Below the pieces are notes generated by a model. It searched no databases, was not told the DNA's origin, and was given only the letters and a program-made list of their open reading frames with translations. The position numbers and the translations under genes were made by a program. 11,336 nt of DNA from Candidatus Hadarchaeota archaeon (lineage in GTDB: Archaea > CAYQAE01 > CAYVLA01), in the NCBI GenBank assembly GCA_964452145.1, contig CAYVLA010000110.1:1-11336 (forward strand). The letters run 5' to 3'. How positions within the stretch are numbered: the first letter of the stretch is position 1; each line of letters opens with the position of its first letter. Below, one piece after another: positions 7,635-11,336 of this stretch.

Positions 7635-7834
7635 GCCGACTCGTCCAAGGCGCGCACACACGTGGTAGCTTGGCATGCGCGAGCAACCCGGTTGAAGTGC
7701 ACTCGCAGAGCCCTTCTCCACAAGTTGCATGGCCAGTTTGACCGATTTGCCGTCCCCCGTTCTGTACCAACAAGCTGCCTCCGACACGCCTCTTTCGCAC
7801 CCAGCCCCGGTTCCGGGGTCACCCGGGAAGTCGG

Positions 7835-10105
7835 CTAGGTTTGTTCTTTGCCCCGTTGGGTCAGCACCTGTAGGTAGAGCCGGCCAGTCTTCCGGGATAC
7901 CTTGTCCCAGCAGAAGCCCTTCGCAAGCAGCCTGGAGGCAGCGGAGGCCCTCCTCCTCCTTGCCGGATCGTTTATATGCACCCAGAGGCTCCTGGAAAGC
8001 CCTTCCACATCGCCCGGCTCTGCAATGCAGGCCCTATCCCGGATCAGCTCAGGCAACCCCCCGACGTCCGTCACCACCAGGGGCCTTCCGAACGAAATGG
8101 CGGCCATCCCCACCCCGCTCTGGGATTCAAGTTCGAGATATGGGAGGGCGACAAGATCGGCCGACCTGAAGAAGTCCGCCACCTCCGCCTCCGCTACGTA
8201 GCGGATGAAGCTCCTCACATAGGGCTCCAGCCGTAGCTCGGATATCAGGCTCTTCACCTCCTCCCAGTCGCCCCAGTCCTGCCCCGCTATGACTAGTAAA
8301 GCCCCGTACTCGCCCGAGGAAACCAACTGCGCAAATGAACGGACGAGGATTCCCAGCCCCTTGTGCTTTCTGATGCCCCCGAAGAAGAGGATGACCGTTG
8401 CGTCGCCGGGCAGACCGAGGAATGCCCGGGACACACCTTCCCCACAAGCCTTCTCCTCGCCGTAGAGGGTTCCATGTGGGATGACGGCCACCTTGTCGGG
8501 TGGAAGGTCCAGAAGGCCCTGGGCGCGCCTCGCATTCCGGGCAGAGTGGACGATGACCGTGTCCGCCAGTGCGAAGACGATTCTGGTCAGGGCCACGTCG
8601 AGTGGGTGTCGCCTGTGGGGCACGATATTGTGGGCCGTCACGATCGAAGGCCTACCCCTTAGACGGGCCCCTATGAGAAACGTCACCGCTATCGGGAAAT
8701 GATAGGTCGTGACCCACTGATAGTGGAGCATCCTTCCGGTGAATCTTGTAGCTGCCAGAAGCCAGGAGAAGGGGTTCCTGTACGACAGGTCTGCATGGAC
8801 GGCTATGCGGCTTCCAGGCTCGAATTCGGCGCTTGACGTTGCGTCTTCCAGCTCCCCTCCCGGGTAGAGGGCGCGCGGGTAAGGATCCCGAAAGCTTCTG
8901 AACTCCAAACACAGGAGCCTGGAAAGGGCCCTGGACAGCTCGTAGCAGTACCTGCTTATGCCCTTGACGGGGGGAAGGGTACCTATCACCGTCACAGCGC
9001 ATCCCTCCCCGCCTTTGTCGGACAACTGCTTGAACCTCCGATGAGAGACGCTAGCCCGGCGAATCACATCCACCAAGGACGTGCCGATTGAATAATCTAG
9101 GACAAGGCGAACCATCGCACTTCGGATGCATCGCAAGCTGATAGCTGCCCCTCTCTTTCGTCTGCGAGGCTTCTCGAGGGGCTGTGGGGTGTGGATCGAT
9201 GTCCTCACCTGCCCGCGGCATCTTCCTGCCTCCCGGCCAGGCTTCCCAAGCAGAACCCGGCTCCCCAAGCAGAACCCGGCTCCCCACGCAAGGACGCCGG
9301 ATACCCAGAGAGGGGTGGTTGCGACGAATCGCAGGTCCCATGAGGTCGGCATGGGGGGGTCAAGCAAGCATCTGCGGATCAGGCCGGACAAGCGGCCGCA
9401 TCGGATCCTTGCCTTGGCGCTCGCATTTCCCAGATCGAACTGGTGTCTGAGGAACTGCCCGATCCTTGATCTGTCTGTGTGGAGGGACACAATCGATGGG
9501 TCAAAGATCGCTGCGCCCTCCCTGAAGAGTCTCCAGTTGTAGATGGTGTCCTCGCCGGGAAAGATGTCATTCGGAAAACCGCCGAAGCGGGCGAACGCCT
9601 CCCTCTTGTAGGAGGCATTGCAGGAGGGGACGATGGCCTCTCTCCTTCTGCTGGTTGGGAAGAAACCGCTGAAGGTGATGAAGTAGTCCGCCCAGCTGAC
9701 GAGGCGTTCAGGGTTTGCGTTCGCAAGGGCTCCCCCAATGCACAGGTGGGGCGAGCCCTTGTGAGCAGCCCTGACCGTACGAGCCCGCCCGGGGCTGGGC
9801 CGGCAGTCGGCATCGAGAAACGCCACTACATCGCACCTAGACTCCTTCACCCCTATGTTCCTACTCTCACCAGGAAGGGTGCGTGTCTGGCGGCGCAGGA
9901 GATGCACACTGGGGAAGGCGGCGATCAGCTGGGGGGTCCCGTCATCAGAGCTGTCCACGATGATTATCTCGTCTCCCGGGCCGGTCTCGCACACGGACGC
10001 CTCTAGGCAACCTCCTATCGTGGGTGCGGAGTTGTACGAAGGTATCACCACGGAGATGGTGGGCTCCTGTTCGCTCTCTTTCCGGCCCGTCATCGATTCT
10101 GCCAT
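7835..10105 (-). CDS. GT2 (N-terminal) + GT4 (C-terminal) glycosyltransferases in one ORF; probably two ancestral genes (GT2 about 10105-9205, GT4 about 8995-7835)
   Basis: GT2: ISVVIPSYN, IIIVDSSDDGT, SRNIG, FLDADC, GED. GT4: VIGTLPPVKG, TAHNIVPH, VIPHG, LFFGGIRKHKG, ADLVALPY...SQSGV, VTDVGGLPE. Start probably ATG 10105 or 10093 (ORF open to GTG 10156). Confidence 0.9.
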   Translation of the reverse strand: MAESMTGRKESEQEPTISVVIPSYNSAPTIGGCLEASVCETGPGDEIIIVDSSDDGTPQLIAAFPSVHLLRRQTRTLPGESRNIGVKESRCDVVAFLDADCRPSPGRARTVRAAHKGSPHLCIGGALANANPERLVSWADYFITFSGFFPTSRRREAIVPSCNASYKREAFARFGGFPNDIFPGEDTIYNWRLFREGAAIFDPSIVSLHTDRSRIGQFLRHQFDLGNASAKARIRCGRLSGLIRRCLLDPPMPTSWDLRFVATTPLWVSGVLAWGAGFCLGSRVLLGKPGREAGRCRGQVRTSIHTPQPLEKPRRRKRGAAISLRCIRSAMVRLVLDYSIGTSLVDVIRRASVSHRRFKQLSDKGGEGCAVTVIGTLPPVKGISRYCYELSRALSRLLCLEFRSFRDPYPRALYPGGELEDATSSAEFEPGSRIAVHADLSYRNPFSWLLAATRFTGRMLHYQWVTTYHFPIAVTFLIGARLRGRPSIVTAHNIVPHRRHPLDVALTRIVFALADTVIVHSARNARRAQGLLDLPPDKVAVIPHGTLYGEEKACGEGVSRAFLGLPGDATVILFFGGIRKHKGLGILVRSFAQLVSSGEYGALLVIAGQDWGDWEEVKSLISELRLEPYVRSFIRYVAEAEVADFFRSADLVALPYLELESQSGVGMAAISFGRPLVVTDVGGLPELIRDRACIAEPGDVEGLSRSLWVHINDPARRRRASAASRLLAKGFCWDKVSRKTGRLYLQVLTQRGKEQT
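9245..9286. repeat. Exact 19-bp tandem duplication (CCCAAGCAGAACCCGGCTC x2 + CCCA)
   Basis: Identical copies at 9245-9263 and 9264-9282; 19 is not a multiple of 3. Confidence 0.95.
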
Positions 10106-10334
10106 GGCACCTGAGTCCGGATAATGCAGAGGGAGCTTTGGTTTCTTATATTGCACCGCCGGCCATCACTGGGAATGGTCGGTAATCCTGGGGCTCGGAT
10201 CTCAGGGAAGCGGGATGGAGACTGTCAATTCCCCTCACGGACCTCGATGCCCAATGGACCAAGATCCTCGGATAGGTTAATGAGCAGCTGGCGGGTAAGC
10301 GTTGCCGCAGATACCGAGACGAGGTGCTTGCCGG

Positions 10335-10670
10335 TTGAAGGTCGCCTGCGTCGTGGGAGCACGCCCGAACTTCGTGAAGCTCGCCCCGCTTGCCAGGGAA
10401 TTCAGAGATTCCGGTCTCAGTCCATTGTGCATACACACCGGGCAGCACTATGACACCGAGCTCTCGAAGATCTTCTTCGACGAACTTCAGATACCCAAGC
10501 CGGACTACAACCTTCGGGTGGGTTCAGGGCCCCGTGGATGGCAGACGGCCAGGATGATTGAAGGGGTCGAATCAGTTCTGGGAAGGGAGAGGCCGGATGT
10601 CCTGATCGTGTTCGGAGACACTGACACGGGTCAGGGACTACGACGACTTCATCAAGGACCCGTCCGATGA
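10335..10670 (+). pseudogene. wecB: 3'-truncated UDP-N-acetylglucosamine 2-epimerase (non-hydrolysing)
   Basis: TTG start after GAGGTG; KVACVVGARPNFVKLAP, IHTGQHYD, PDYNLRVGSG, ERPDVLIVFGDT; similarity ends near 10628 (about 98 codons; full-length enzymes are roughly 350-380 aa). Confidence 0.9.
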
Positions 10671-10682
10671 CGGACCGACCCG

Positions 10683-11099
10683 TCACGGAAGCGCGTCAAG
10701 CCTGCGGACATCCCTCACAGCATCGAAGCCGCTGTCAAATGAGAAGATGCCCGGCGACTTCCTGCCGCGAACGATCACCACGCTCACGGCATCCGCAAAG
10801 CTCAGCTGCGTGTACCTTCTGAAGATGTGATGAGCGGCGTTGAAGACATCCTCGTCCACGAAGACCGTCTCGAGATGGGGGGAGTTGAGCATCGCCTCAC
10901 CCACCCCTGCCGAGCGGTCCGGCCCAACCTTCCTCCTCAGATAGGTGGTGACCTCTCCGAATATGTGATCGGTTATCAGAATTTTTCCGAGTGCTCCGCT
11001 TGACACGGCCTGAACTATGGGCTTCGCTTTCTCGTAGTATCTATCCCTGGGATTGAATGCCCCGATCCAGACCCCCGAGTCCACAACGTACAAGCTCAC
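10683..11099 (-). CDS. vapC: PIN-domain ribonuclease toxin (VapC family)
   Basis: YVVDSGVWI, TDHIFGEVTTYL, LSFADAVS, FSFDSGFD carry the conserved acidic PIN residues; GTGA overlap with the antitoxin stop. Confidence 0.92.
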   Translation of the reverse strand: MSLYVVDSGVWIGAFNPRDRYYEKAKPIVQAVSSGALGKILITDHIFGEVTTYLRRKVGPDRSAGVGEAMLNSPHLETVFVDEDVFNAAHHIFRRYTQLSFADAVSVVIVRGRKSPGIFSFDSGFDAVRDVRRLDALP

Positions 11100-11336
11100 T
11101 CACTTCCGTAGACGGCCTCGTCCAGCTCGGCCGTGGCGTCGCACTCCTCTGCTGTCGGAAGCGCGCCTATCAGTGCCTTCAGGGGGTCCTCCCCGCCCAC
11201 CTTCCGCACCCTGATACAGACCTCGTCGCCCAGGACGGTCCAGATCACCTCATCCCCGGGTCCCAGTCCAAATCTCCTCCTGAGCGACGCCGGGACGACC
11301 GTCTGGAATCCCTTTGACACCCTGGTTGTGGCAACC
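11096..11336 (-). CDS. vapB: AbrB/MazE/SpoVT-family antitoxin (VapB); 5' end probably outside the window
   Basis: VATTRVSKGFQTVVPASLRRRFGLGPGDEVIW swapped-hairpin signature with an acidic C-terminus; frame open to the window edge; directly upstream of the PIN gene. Confidence 0.88.
   Translation of the reverse strand, partial: VATTRVSKGFQTVVPASLRRRFGLGPGDEVIWTVLGDEVCIRVRKVGGEDPLKALIGALPTAEECDATAELDEAVYGSE

Noticed and set aside
7486..7838. RNase P RNA-like words (GAGGAAGTCCG ... GAAGTCGGCTAG) about 350 nt apart
   Set aside because: P4 pairing is only partial, there is no P1 helix between the flanks, and the internal conserved regions are not recognisable; would need an Infernal hit.
9245..9286. 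CRISPR-like repeat
   Set aside because: Only two directly adjacent 19-bp copies, no spacers and no cas genes.
10143..10152. TATA-like TTCTTATATT between the divergent GT2 and wecB genes
   Set aside because: Plausible position for a GT2 promoter, but there is no clear BRE on either strand; too weak to call.

Overview
GC-rich, probably archaeal accessory region (BRE/TATA-like promoters, GAGGT/GGAG ribosome sites, ATGA-coupled genes). Left half (+): a small membrane protein, then a tightly coupled operon of ribbon-helix-helix (CopG-like) protein, ATP sulfurylase (sat), DHH phosphoesterase, cytoplasmic alkaline-phosphatase-superfamily (AlkP/NPP-like) enzyme and APS kinase (cysC). This is a PAPS-making cassette with no APS/PAPS reductase and no classical sulfotransferase in the window. 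Right half: a partly decayed glycan locus with a broken polysaccharide-deacetylase-like pseudogene, a second AlkP-superfamily enzyme with atypical active-site residues, a GT2+GT4 ORF whose fusion is explained by a 19-bp tandem duplication bypassing the GT2 stop, and a truncated wecB, followed by a vapBC toxin-antitoxin pair. Main hypothesis (inference): a glycan/lipid sulfation system in which the AlkP-fold enzyme is a non-canonical sulfotransferase, the DHH protein recycles PAP, and the RHH protein (with an 'RLRALGY' tail) acts at a palindrome shared by two promoters. All family calls come from motif recognition; no searches were run.
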